In this document: positions 1 to 9,389 of the stretch, one piece after another | How positions within the stretch are numbered: position 1 is the first letter of the stretch | How the letters are laid out: every line of letters begins with the position of its first letter | DNA from: Acidimicrobiia bacterium | Lineage (GTDB): Bacteria > Actinomycetota > Acidimicrobiia > Spongiisociales > Spongiisociaceae | DNA: 33,012 bases | NCBI GenBank assembly: GCA_041576165.1 | Contig: JBFGLM010000049.1 | Location: 1 to 33,012, forward strand | Direction: 5' to 3' | Translations under genes and position numbers: made by a program | The notes under the pieces: generated by a model | The model's input: only the letters and a program-made list of their open reading frames with translations | The model's database searches: none | What the model was told of the DNA's origin: nothing

Positions 1-1141
1 CAAATGTCGCGCCGCCCCCCTCAGTGGGGTGGGCCCACAGCCGTCCGCCCATGCGTTGCGCCAGATCCCGGCTGATGTACAGGCCCAGTCCGAGTCCCCG
101 CCGCGTGTGATAGTGCGATTGCTCCAGCTGGGTCATGCGATCGAACACGGCCTCGAGGTGCTCCGGCGGGATGCCCGGACCGCTGTCGGCGACTGAGGCA
201 ACCACGTGGCCGGCATCCGTCGTGTCCCAGTCGACGGTGACTCTCACCCGGCTCCCAGGGGCATACTTGGCGGCGTTCGAGAGCAAATTATCGAGAATCT
301 GAGCAACTCGCGTCTCATCGGCCATCACGGCCGGCAGGTCGGCGACCAGCTCGAGCTCGACCGCGCCCTCACCGAGCTGTGATCGCAACTCGTGGCGCTG
401 AGTGGCGGCCGCAGCGAGGGCGGTCAGCGACACCCGTTCAACCTCAATCGGCACCCGCCCCTCCGAAAGGCGTGCTGCGTCGAGCAAATCATTGACCTGC
501 CGCCGCAGCTGCTTGGCGTTGCCCACGATCATGTCGGTGGCCTGTCTCTGCTCGGGCGTCACATCACCCAGCAACCCGTCTCCCAAGTTGCTTGCAGCCA
601 GGTAGATCGCTGCTACCGGAGTCTGGAGCTCATGAGAGACGTGAGACAGCACCTGGCGCTGTAGTGCCAGCTGGTCGTCGTGCGCCTGCATCAGTTCGCG
701 CTGCAGCCGGGCACGCTCGATCGCGTACATCGTCGCTTTGTGAACGGATTCGGACGTCAGCCCGTCCTTGGCGAGGTAATCCTGGGCACCGTTCGATAGC
801 GCAGACACCTCCAGGTCGCCGTCGCGCATACCCGTGAGAATGATGATGGGGATTCCTGGGGCGACGGCCTGAACCTGACCGATGGAGGCCACGCCGAAGC
901 CGTCGGGGAGCCGGTGATCCAGGAGCACACAATCGAAGTCCCGGTCGTCGAGTATCCCGAGACCCTGCTCGAGGGTCAGCACCGAGATGACCTCATATAT
1001 GCCGGGGTAATCGCGCCGGAGCCGGCGTTCGAAGATGAAAGCCTCGGCCGCCTCGTCGTCGATGAGTAACAAGCGGATCGGGTCGCGTTCTCGAGGCAGA
1101 CCTCGAATGGGTATCAGCGGTGTCACTGGCTCGACTGCCAC
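1..1141 (-). CDS. Hybrid response regulator receiver / histidine kinase (REC-HisKA-HATPase_c), 3' end runs off the window
   Basis: Not in the ORF track; translated by hand from GTG at 1141, with GGGAG upstream. REC motifs LLLIDDE, VLLDHRLPDG, ILTG, AQDYLAK; H-box VSHELQTP; N-box QILDNLLSNAAKY; G1 VADSGPGIP; G2 GLGLGLYIS; ends GGGATF at the window edge. No TM segment evident. Confidence 0.92.
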   Translation of the reverse strand, partial: MAVEPVTPLIPIRGLPRERDPIRLLLIDDEAAEAFIFERRLRRDYPGIYEVISVLTLEQGLGILDDRDFDCVLLDHRLPDGFGVASIGQVQAVAPGIPIIILTGMRDGDLEVSALSNGAQDYLAKDGLTSESVHKATMYAIERARLQRELMQAHDDQLALQRQVLSHVSHELQTPVAAIYLAASNLGDGLLGDVTPEQRQATDMIVGNAKQLRRQVNDLLDAARLSEGRVPIEVERVSLTALAAAATQRHELRSQLGEGAVELELVADLPAVMADETRVAQILDNLLSNAAKYAPGSRVRVTVDWDTTDAGHVVASVADSGPGIPPEHLEAVFDRMTQLEQSHYHTRRGLGLGLYISRDLAQRMGGRLWAHPTEGGGATF

Positions 1142-1489
1142 AGGGTTGCTCCCGAACCGATTTGGTCAACCCTCCGCGCCACTGCATCCCCGGGATCGTC
1201 TATCGGCACAAGCACCAACCGCCTTGATCGGGTGCGACCGCGATCGTGTCGCCGGTGTCTCGGGCGACCGGTCAGCGGAGCCGTTGGGCTAGCTGCCGGA
1301 TAGAAGCATGGATGCAGCCGGCTGCGGCTGGGCGGACCAGGTGAGGCCGGGCAGTCGGGGCCGATGAGATTTCGATATTTGGGGCTCCCCGCCGTGCCGG
1401 AAGGAGCGTACGTTGCGCGGCATGTGCCGCATCACCGTGTCCCACAAGCATCCAGAGTTCACGATGGGCTCCCGCTCCGGGCGGGGACA

Positions 1490-2386
1490 ATGACCACGCA
1501 GTTGCGCACGGGCCCCCCGACCGATCGCGCCGCTTTCCAGCTGGCCGACTGGGCGCTGTTCTGCGTAGTTGGACTCATTTGGGGCTCGTCCTTCCTCCTC
1601 ATCAAGATCGGGCTCGACACACTCGATCCCGGTCTCATCACCTGGGCCCGGATCGCGTTGGGCGCACTCACTCTCAAGGTCATCCGACGGAATGGCCCAC
1701 CCGTTGACCGAGCCGACTGGAGCAGAATCGTCGTCCTGTCGGTCGTGTGGGTGGCCGTCCCCTTCACCCTCTATCCCATCGCGGAACAACACATCAACTC
1801 GGCCGTGACCGGACTGCTCACCGGCGCGACTCCGTTCTTCGCCGGGATATTCGGCGCCGCCTACTTCCACCGGACGCCGGGGAACCTGCAGAAGCTGGCG
1901 ATGGCGGTGGGGTTTGCCGGCGTGGCGCTGATCTCCGGGGGGTCGAGCACCGGAGGCGGAACCGCCCTGCTGGGGGTGGTCTTGGTGCTGGCCGCCACCG
2001 CCTGTTACGGCTACGCCGCCAACCTAGCCGCGCCGCTCCAGCATCGGTACGGGTCGGTTTCGTTGATGGCGAACATGCTGGCGCTTGCGGCGGTATGGAC
2101 ACTGCCCCTCGGTCTGGCCGGTCTACCGCACTCTCAGGTGGCAGTGGCGCCTGTCGTGGCGACCGGCGTGCTGGGTGTCATCGGCACCGGTGTCGCATTC
2201 GCCCTCATGGCATCCTTGGTCGGACGGGTCGGGGCCACCCGGGCATCGTTCATCACCTATTTGATCCCGTTGGTGGCGCTTGTGCTCGGAGCGGCCTTCC
2301 TGTCAGAGAGGGTCAGCGCCATTGCGCTGGCCGGCGGCGGCCTGGTACTCGTCGCAGCATTCCTGGCGTCTCGCCCGGAACCCTGA
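1490..2386 (+). CDS. DMT/EamA family transporter
   Basis: [12 protein letters not shown] motif, about 10 hydrophobic segments, C-terminal [12 protein letters not shown]...LSE. ATG 1490 after GGGGA preferred over the ORF-track start at 1364. Confidence 0.9.
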   Translation: MTTQLRTGPPTDRAAFQLADWALFCVVGLIWGSSFLLIKIGLDTLDPGLITWARIALGALTLKVIRRNGPPVDRADWSRIVVLSVVWVAVPFTLYPIAEQHINSAVTGLLTGATPFFAGIFGAAYFHRTPGNLQKLAMAVGFAGVALISGGSSTGGGTALLGVVLVLAATACYGYAANLAAPLQHRYGSVSLMANMLALAAVWTLPLGLAGLPHSQVAVAPVVATGVLGVIGTGVAFALMASLVGRVGATRASFITYLIPLVALVLGAAFLSERVSAIALAGGGLVLVAAFLASRPEP

Positions 2387-2510
2387 TCGGCTCGGTTGGC
2401 GGTGGATCGCGCCGGACGGGCTTGCGGGCTGGAGGCAGCTCCTGCTGGCAGCCGCCGTGTCACGTACCCTGCGGCGGACAGCACGCTCGCTCGAACGCAA
2501 AGGACACAGC

Positions 2511-3515
2511 ATGGCGGCGCGAATGGCCATCTACCTCCAGGACGCCCATCCCATCCGGCAAGGCATGGAGCTGGCGCGCTACGCCGAGGCCAGAGGCTTT
2601 GAGGCCGTCTGGCAAGCGGAGAGCCGGCTGGTAAGAGAAGCGACGGTGCCCATGGCCGCCTTCGCAGCGGTCACCGACCGGATCCTGGTGGGCTCGGGCG
2701 TGGTCAACAACTGGACCCGCAATCCGGCGCTGCTGGCCTCGACGTTCGCCACACTGGACGACTTGGCACCCGGCCGTATCCTGCTCGGGCTCGGCGCATG
2801 GTGGGATCCGCTGGCCGCCAAGGTTGGGATCGAGCGTCGCAAGCCGCTCAAAGCGATGCGGGAGACCGTGGAAGCAGTGCGGGCGCTGCTGGGCGATCAG
2901 CACGTGACCTACCACGGAGAGTTTGTCCACCTAGACGGGGTCGAACTGGATTATGTCCACCAGGAACGACGACCGAAAGACGTGCCTATCTACATTGGCG
3001 CCACGGGCATGCAGATGATGGCGCTGGCGGGCGCCATCGCCGATGGCGTTGTCCTCAACTATCTGGTCTCGCCCGACTACAACGACCGGGCTATGGAGAG
3101 CCTGGCGCGGGGGGCGGCCCGGACGGGGCGGGACGTCGACGACGTCGACCGGCCGCAGCTGATCGTTTGCTCGGTAGACGAGGCAGGGCACCACGGCCTC
3201 GACGCGGCACGGCTGCTGATCACCCAATACCTGGGACAACAGCCGCACCTGATGCAGGCCTCCGGTGTTCCACAGAGCCTGCTCGATGATGTTGGGCAGA
3301 TCATGACCTGGCCGGCGACCCACCAACAGGTAGCGGCCGCGTCGAAGCTGGTATCGGACGATATCGTGAGGATGATCACCGCCTCAGGCACAGTCGACGA
3401 GTGCCGGGCCAAAGTCGCCGAGTACATGGAGCACGGGTGTACGTCGCCGATTCTCTACCCGCTGGCGGAGGATCCCCGGGTGGTCATAGATGCCTTCGCC
3501 GGATGGAGCCCCTGA
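2511..3515 (+). CDS. LLM class flavin-dependent oxidoreductase (Mer-like, possibly F420-dependent)
   Basis: [50 protein letters not shown]...[16 protein letters not shown] precedes ATG 2511. Cofactor is inferred. Confidence 0.9.
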   Translation: MAARMAIYLQDAHPIRQGMELARYAEARGFEAVWQAESRLVREATVPMAAFAAVTDRILVGSGVVNNWTRNPALLASTFATLDDLAPGRILLGLGAWWDPLAAKVGIERRKPLKAMRETVEAVRALLGDQHVTYHGEFVHLDGVELDYVHQERRPKDVPIYIGATGMQMMALAGAIADGVVLNYLVSPDYNDRAMESLARGAARTGRDVDDVDRPQLIVCSVDEAGHHGLDAARLLITQYLGQQPHLMQASGVPQSLLDDVGQIMTWPATHQQVAAASKLVSDDIVRMITASGTVDECRAKVAEYMEHGCTSPILYPLAEDPRVVIDAFAGWSP

Positions 3516-3580
3516 CGATTCCGGCCTACCGCCACAGCCCATGTGGTGCGCGTATCACGGGTCAGCTCGTCCGACGGCAT

Positions 3581-4255
3581 TCACGCGCCGTCGGCCTCCA
3601 CCCAGGTGCTGGACGTGCGCATCTCGTAGTCATGCTCAAATGCAGCAGCGAGGGCCGCCGAGAATGCTGGGGCGTCCGCGGGGTGGTCGGCAACGATCAT
3701 CGTGCTCGACGTCGCCAGCTCGTCTTGTGTCCCGGACTGAGTTCGCGAGAAGGTCGGAGCGTCCGAATGGGATCCGCTCCTTTCGACGGCGACGATCGTT
3801 GTGCTGGATGTGCGCACCTCTTCTCGGGCTGCGGAAGCCAGTTTCTCCGCCTGAGGATTGGAAAACCGGACCTGGCCGGCGGCTTCGGCTGCGGCGACGG
3901 CGCTCGTGGTGGGCGTTTGTCCGTGATGCGCTAGCTCTGGAGAGGCGGCGCTCAGCACCGACACCGGCGGGGCGTTGAGGCCAGACGGTGCGAAGGCGTG
4001 GGCCAGGATCATCGTGCTCGACGTTTGCACGTCGCTCTGGTCGGTCGTGGTTTGATCCGCAGTCAAGCCCTTGGACTCTCTCGCTGCCGACGATCCGGTC
4101 AACTCTGTGGCGGCGCACACATCACAGCAGGAGGTGTCCTGTCGGCACAGTTCGCTCAGTCGCCGCTCCTCGCTCGCCCACGCCGGCAACACCGGCAGCA
4201 ACATCAGGGCAACAACGGTTGCAGACAGAATCAGACGAGTGATGGAGAGTTTCAT
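3581..4255 (-). CDS. Hypothetical secreted protein with four TSST repeats and an N-terminal Cys cluster
   Basis: Sec-type signal peptide ending AWA, then C-x5-CC-x2-C and four [ED]-[VLM]-x-TSST-x-[IV]-x-A motifs. No family recognised. Confidence 0.65.
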   Translation of the reverse strand: MKLSITRLILSATVVALMLLPVLPAWASEERRLSELCRQDTSCCDVCAATELTGSSAARESKGLTADQTTTDQSDVQTSSTMILAHAFAPSGLNAPPVSVLSAASPELAHHGQTPTTSAVAAAEAAGQVRFSNPQAEKLASAAREEVRTSSTTIVAVERSGSHSDAPTFSRTQSGTQDELATSSTMIVADHPADAPAFSAALAAAFEHDYEMRTSSTWVEADGA

Positions 4256-4667
4256 TCTTCAAGTGACCTTGGGGCGGAGCGGACAGTTCAGAACGTCGTT
4301 TGCTGGAACGTTCCAAATGCCTGTCGGTTCGAAATCGGTGAGCTTGAGGGGTTTCACCGCATAGTCCGTCCACGAGTGGCGCCCGGCGTCGAACCTGACG
4401 CCCCCTTCCCTGTCAAGCGCCCTTCTTTCGGGAGAGAGATCGATTGGTGCGACCCCCTGGCACGGTTTACTCGCCCATCGGCGGGGAGTTCGGCGACGCA
4501 AAGGAGCCGAAAACGGAGGACGAGTCAGCCCGGATGGCGATGTACGCCCGACCGCGGGCGCCCCCACTTGTGGCAGGGCGGCCTCCGCGCCTGGCCGGTG
4601 AGGAGCCACAGCATCCGAGCTGCATGTGAGGCTGACGCCGGTCGTCCCGGATTCGCCGCAAGACTGG

Positions 4668-4700
4668 GAGTGGCCGCGGCCCGTGGGGCGGCGGCCACTC
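4668..4700 (-). terminator. Stem-loop downstream of the DoxX-like/small membrane protein operon
   Basis: GAGTGGCCGC (4668-4677) is the reverse complement of GCGGCCACTC (4691-4700), with an inner GCCC/GGGC stem; 45 nt past the stop at 4745. Confidence 0.55.
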
Positions 4701-4744
4701 AGGTGGATGTGGGTTGACAGTTCGCAGGCTGGATCGAACGGATA

Positions 4745-5035
4745 TCAGTGTGGCCTTCCAGCGGACAGTGCGAGGGTGAGCGCCCGGTCGAGGAGTGTGG
4801 CGATGCCAGCGCCGGCGACTGCACCAGTCACCAGGCCGAGCTTCACCCAAGGGAGCCCCGTGCTGACCAGGGTGATCACGCTTCCGGCCAACGCACCGGC
4901 TAGGGCGCCGCCGAATGCACCGACGATCGCGATCGCCAGTGTTGCCGGCCAACGAGTGCCGTATCGCCAGGAAGTGAGCGCCCCGACCCCCAGACCGATG
5001 CCGGCTGTCCACCAGACGGCGGCTGTAATCGTCAT
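4745..5035 (-). CDS. Small Gly-rich 3-TM membrane protein (GlsB/YeaQ/YmgE-like)
   Basis: 96 aa MTITAAVWWTAGIGLGVGAL...IVGAFGGALAG...; its ATG overlaps the upstream TGA (TGATG), suggesting translational coupling. Confidence 0.65.
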   Translation of the reverse strand: MTITAAVWWTAGIGLGVGALTSWRYGTRWPATLAIAIVGAFGGALAGALAGSVITLVSTGLPWVKLGLVTGAVAGAGIATLLDRALTLALSAGRPH

Positions 5036-5538
5036 CACTGCGCCGCCTCCTTCGTCGAACGGATGAACCATCCCGACGATCTGCCCGCAATCGCACACAC
5101 GGCTGCGATCAGGACGAGGTTCTTCACGACGAACTCGCCTTCCGTGGTGAGCGCCAGAAAGTTTCCATCCTGGAACGCAACCTCTGGTCGCATGACAAGC
5201 ACGGCAAAGGTACCGATCAGGTGCGCGATGAGCGCTGCGATCACCAATGGATGGCCACCGACGAACAATGCCAGGCCCAGCGCAACCTCGAATCCGCCGA
5301 GCATCGGCACGAACCAGTCGGCGTCGGCCAGTGGCAGGGTTCCAGCCACGAGTTCTGCGACGGGCGAGGCGTCGGCCACCTTGAGAGCACCGAACCAAAC
5401 GAACAGCAGAGCTAGCGACACACGCAGCGCAGTGGGCGCGATGCCCTGCACTCGAGTGACAATCCGGTCGAGCGTGGTGCTCCAATGGCGAGGAGCCGCC
5501 AGCGGAGTTCCAACTCGACCTAGGACTTTCGTCGTCAT
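5035..5538 (-). CDS. DoxX-like / DUF417-type membrane protein
   Basis: LRVSLALLFVWFGALK, GGFEVALGLAL, LTTEGEFVVKNLVLIAA motifs; AGGAGG 8 nt before ATG 5538. Confidence 0.8.
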   Translation of the reverse strand: MTTKVLGRVGTPLAAPRHWSTTLDRIVTRVQGIAPTALRVSLALLFVWFGALKVADASPVAELVAGTLPLADADWFVPMLGGFEVALGLALFVGGHPLVIAALIAHLIGTFAVLVMRPEVAFQDGNFLALTTEGEFVVKNLVLIAAVCAIAGRSSGWFIRSTKEAAQ

Positions 5539-5789
5539 TCCTTGGTCCTCCTTTCCTGCTCTGAGGGCCGGATGGGATCCGGCCCAAGGACCAAGGCGGA
5601 ACGTACGCAACGACCCGCCCCGGCCTCCAGGCCAGAAATCTGGGGTTTTCGGAGGCAGTCGAGGGACCGGCAGCAACCTCTCATCCGCACGCTGACGTAA
5701 CAGCCCGAAATGGGCCGCCGTAGGCCTTTCGGCCCTTGCCCTCATCGGCAGACGCGGCCGACGTTGGCGGGAGCACCAAGGGGAGTGTC

Positions 5790-8549
5790 ATGGAACGGGG
5801 CGACTTCCGGCGTAGTCCTGGGTTGCGCGTAGCCGAATGGATCGCCGATCACACCAAGCTCGTTGTCATCGGTTCATTGGTGGTGACTGCCGCTTTGGTT
5901 GTGCCGATGTTGACCATGGTGCCCGACACCGCGGCTTCTCAGGACCCCACCGGTGAAGTCATCGATGCGCAGGATCTCATCAACGACCGGTTCGTCTCGG
6001 ATGTCTTCGGGTTCGGATTCATCGCCGAAGCTCGCACCGGCAACATCCTGACTCGTGAGCCCTTGCTCGAGCTGTACCAGAACTCAGAGGGTCTGCGGTC
6101 CGACGCCGAGTTGGCGCCGTTGCTGATCTCGTACTTCGATTCCGAATCCGGAGCGAATGTCCAAGGTTTCTACACGATTGCCGACGAGGTTGATTCCCGG
6201 CTTCGCGCCGCCGGGCTGGATGGGCTGGAGGAAGCCGGCGAAGCACAAGTAGGCCAGACTGTGTCGGCCATCGTGGCGGAGACCGGTCCGTTCACCTGGG
6301 GTTTCGCTGAATCAGCAACACTCAACCCGAGTACCGGCATGTGGGAGGCGCCTGCGCTGCTCTTCGGGTTGGCGGCCGACAATCAGGCGCTTGGCGGCGG
6401 CGGCGCGGAGATCGCACTCGGCAGCGATGACACGGAGCGGGAGGAGTATGCCCGCGACGTCCAGACCGTGCTGCGCGGCGACGAGTCATTCATTGACGTC
6501 TGGGGCATCGCGATCGATGTGAACCTCACCGTCGGTGAACAATCGCAGGCCGCCGGACCATTCATCGGCTTCACCATCCTGGCGGTGCTGGTGGTCACCG
6601 GCATCGTGCTGCGTTCCTACTGGGCGGTTGCGGTGGCCGGGGCCGCTCTCTCGGCGCTGATGATCTGGTTGAAAGGTCTGTCCAACCTCATCGGCCTGGA
6701 GACCGACCAGGTGCTCAGCTTCATCGTGCCGATCGCAATGATTTCGTTCGGTATCGACTTCGCCTACCACGCGATCGGCAGGTACCGGGAGGAAGCGGTC
6801 CACGGGTACCGACCAAGGGTGGCCTTCGTCGCCGGCATGGGTGGCGTTTTGGCCGCTCTCGTGCTGGCGCTCGTTTCGGACTCGGTCGCCTTCCTGTCGA
6901 ACGTTTCGGCCCGGATCGAGTCGATCATTCAATTCGGCATTGGCGCCGCCCTGGCCCTGATCGCCGCCTTCTTCATGCTCGGCATCGTCACGCCGCTGGT
7001 GGTGATGCGGCTCGATGACGCTCTCGGGCACCCCAGGCAGAATAGGCTCCGCAGCGTCGGAAGATCATTCACCTCCGGCTTGGCCGCCACTGCAGCCATG
7101 GCGGTCGTGCTCCTCCTCGTGTATATCCTCCCGGCTCTCGGCGTGGTCGGGCTCGCGGTGTACGTCCTGGCGTTCATTGTGGTCCCGTACTGGTTCATCA
7201 GCCGTCGCCCGAAGGAGGACGTCGAGGCGGCGAGTGGCCGCCCGGTGGTGGCGCCTCGTCTGGGCCGCCTCACCGAACTCATGGCGCGAGGACGTTGGGT
7301 CGTCCTGCCGATCGTGCTGGCTGTGAGCGCGGCTGCCGTGGTGGTTGCCCTTCGTATCGACGCTCGATTCGATGTGAAGGACTTCTTTGCCGCGGACACC
7401 GATCTGGTCGTGTCACTCGACAAGCTCGACGAGCATGTTGGCCAGCAGGGCGGTGAGCCCGCCATGGTCTATGTGGAAGGCGAGCTCACGGATCCCGGCG
7501 CCTTGCTGGCGATCGAAGCGTTCGCGGAGCGGGTGAACGCGCTCGACAATGAGCAACTCGCAGTCACGGACGATGGGACCACCCAGCTCGAACGTGGGGT
7601 GCTCGAAGTGGTGTATGACGTGATGAGCAGCCCCTTTGCTCTCGGGGCGATCGAAGCTGCAACGGGCGTGGCGGTAACGGACGAGGCCGGAGACGGGATA
7701 CCGGACACCGCCGAACAGTTGACCGCCCTCTATGCGTTCACCAGCCAGGCCGGGGTCCCGCTCGACGAGCAGCGCCTGCTCATTACGCCAGATGGCGTGC
7801 AGACCCTTCTGTGGCAAGATCCAGGCGCCGGACGGCAAGCGACCTTCCTCATGGCCCAGGTGGTGGGGAGCCGCGCGCAGGAGAACATCGCCGCCGCTCG
7901 CGCCGATCTCGATCCACTGGTCGACGAACTCGAGTCTCAGATGCGAATCAGCGATCCCGAGGCCACGGCCGTCCTGACCGGTTCAGCCATCGTTCGAGAC
8001 GAACAGTTGCTGGCCATCGTGCGAGCCCTGGCGGTGGCGTTGCCGATCTCGGTGCTGGCCTGTTTGGTGGTCGCCGGGTTGTTCATGCGATCGCTGCGCT
8101 TCGCCGTGGTGAGCATCGTGCCGATCCTGGTCGTGGTCTCGTGGCTTTACGCGTTCATGCACCTGGCGGGATACGGGATCAACGTGGTTACGGCGACTAT
8201 CGGGGCTGTCTCGATCGGGATCGGGATTGATTTCGCGATCCACTTCGTGATGCGATATCGCGAGGAGCTGAGCCGGCTGCATTTGCGTTTCGACGCCCTG
8301 AACGCGGCCGGCACCGGCACCGGAGCGGCGCTCGCCGCATCGGCGGTGTCTTCGATCATTGGGTTCGCGATCATGGCCCTGGCGCCGATGCCGATGTTCG
8401 CCGTCTACGGCTTCCTGACCGCCATCATGATCGGAATGGCGTTGATCGCAACGTTGACAGTGTTGCCGGGCCTGCTCATCCTGAGTACCAAGGACAGCCC
8501 GGTCGGCCCCGAGGTCGAATCGGTCGAGCCGGTCGGTCGGGTGCGTTGA
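5790..8549 (+). CDS. MMPL/RND family transporter
   Basis: Two halves, each with 1 TM, a large loop and 5 TM; paired motifs SFGIDFAYH...RYREE and GIGIDFAIH...RYREE; GGGGAG before ATG 5790. Confidence 0.9.
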   Translation: MERGDFRRSPGLRVAEWIADHTKLVVIGSLVVTAALVVPMLTMVPDTAASQDPTGEVIDAQDLINDRFVSDVFGFGFIAEARTGNILTREPLLELYQNSEGLRSDAELAPLLISYFDSESGANVQGFYTIADEVDSRLRAAGLDGLEEAGEAQVGQTVSAIVAETGPFTWGFAESATLNPSTGMWEAPALLFGLAADNQALGGGGAEIALGSDDTEREEYARDVQTVLRGDESFIDVWGIAIDVNLTVGEQSQAAGPFIGFTILAVLVVTGIVLRSYWAVAVAGAALSALMIWLKGLSNLIGLETDQVLSFIVPIAMISFGIDFAYHAIGRYREEAVHGYRPRVAFVAGMGGVLAALVLALVSDSVAFLSNVSARIESIIQFGIGAALALIAAFFMLGIVTPLVVMRLDDALGHPRQNRLRSVGRSFTSGLAATAAMAVVLLLVYILPALGVVGLAVYVLAFIVVPYWFISRRPKEDVEAASGRPVVAPRLGRLTELMARGRWVVLPIVLAVSAAAVVVALRIDARFDVKDFFAADTDLVVSLDKLDEHVGQQGGEPAMVYVEGELTDPGALLAIEAFAERVNALDNEQLAVTDDGTTQLERGVLEVVYDVMSSPFALGAIEAATGVAVTDEAGDGIPDTAEQLTALYAFTSQAGVPLDEQRLLITPDGVQTLLWQDPGAGRQATFLMAQVVGSRAQENIAAARADLDPLVDELESQMRISDPEATAVLTGSAIVRDEQLLAIVRALAVALPISVLACLVVAGLFMRSLRFAVVSIVPILVVVSWLYAFMHLAGYGINVVTATIGAVSIGIGIDFAIHFVMRYREELSRLHLRFDALNAAGTGTGAALAASAVSSIIGFAIMALAPMPMFAVYGFLTAIMIGMALIATLTVLPGLLILSTKDSPVGPEVESVEPVGRVR

Positions 8550-8584
8550 GGGCGTCTGCCGTGGGCGGATGAAAGGTTGGACGC

Positions 8585-8625
8585 GATCCAGGGGAGGCTC
8601 ATTACTGGTGAGCCTCCCCTGGATC
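8585..8625. terminator. Bidirectional terminator-like hairpin between convergent MMPL and cupredoxin genes
   Basis: Perfect 17-bp inverted repeat GATCCAGGGGAGGCTCA-TTACTGG-TGAGCCTCCCCTGGATC. Confidence 0.8.
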
Positions 8626-8638
8626 AGGTCCTGGCGAA

Positions 8639-9295
8639 TCAGTTGTAGGTCAACAATCCCTTCATGCCCGCCTCGTAGTGGCCTTCGATCAGGCAGACAA
8701 TCTCGGTGAAGAAAGTCGCGTCCTCGGGGAAGGTGACGATCATTTCCTCACTCGCGCTTGGGTCGACCAACACCATCACGTCGGCATCACCATGGTGGCC
8801 GCCTTCTTCGTCATGCCCCTCGTGACCGGATGCGAGATGCTCCTCGATGCGATGCAAGTTGGAGAAGCGCAGCTCGTGCGGCACGACGCCCTCATTGGTG
8901 ACTATGAACTTGATGGTCTCTCCGGCCGTGACGTTGAGCGAATCAGGGCTGAAGGCGAACTCGGTCATCACAACCTCCACCACCCGGTCCGGCTCGCCGG
9001 CCGCGGTGGTCATGTCGTCCGACATCGTTTCGTCCATGTGCTCGTCGGCGGCATCATCCATGTGTTCGGCGGCATCTTCGGCATGCGAATCGTCCATGTG
9101 GTCATCGCCGGTGGCAGCCGGAGCCGCGGCCGCCGCTGGTTCGGTCGCGGCTGGCGTCACCTGCGTTTGCGCCGCCGCCGACGTTGCAGGCGCGGCATCG
9201 GTCGTTGAGTCCGACGCACATGCTGCGGCCACAAGAATCAGAACGAACAGAAGGCTGAACCGGCGCAATAACGAGGTGTATCTATGACTCAACAT
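8639..9295 (-). CDS. Cupredoxin-domain lipoprotein with His/Met/Asp-rich linker (CopI-like)
   Basis: Lipobox VAAAC; EFAFSPDSLNVTAGETIKFIVTNEGVVPHE; type-1 Cu ligands C-x4-H-x4-M (CLIEGHYEAGM); His-rich insert HLASGHEGHDEEGGHHG. Confidence 0.88.
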   Translation of the reverse strand: MLSHRYTSLLRRFSLLFVLILVAAACASDSTTDAAPATSAAAQTQVTPAATEPAAAAAPAATGDDHMDDSHAEDAAEHMDDAADEHMDETMSDDMTTAAGEPDRVVEVVMTEFAFSPDSLNVTAGETIKFIVTNEGVVPHELRFSNLHRIEEHLASGHEGHDEEGGHHGDADVMVLVDPSASEEMIVTFPEDATFFTEIVCLIEGHYEAGMKGLLTYN

Positions 9296-9389
9296 GTCCC
9301 GATCTTGCCGGGAGGAAGGCCAGCACGGTAGTCGCCCGTTCGGCTCGGCGGGGTCCTCCGTCCGATGGCGGGAAATGGGCCATTCGGCC

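Noticed and set aside
1490-4255. RiPP cluster made of the TSST-repeat protein, LLM reductase and EamA exporter
   Set aside because: No dehydratase, YcaO, radical SAM or peptidase gene nearby; the repeat protein is convergent with the other two and has an ordinary Sec signal.
4256-4744. Small ORFs, ncRNA or ECF promoter in the 490-bp gap
   Set aside because: The ORFs lack an RBS and protein-like composition; the GGAAC...GTT spacing on the minus strand is about 2 nt short of the SigE/SigH consensus. An Rfam scan would be needed to exclude an ncRNA.
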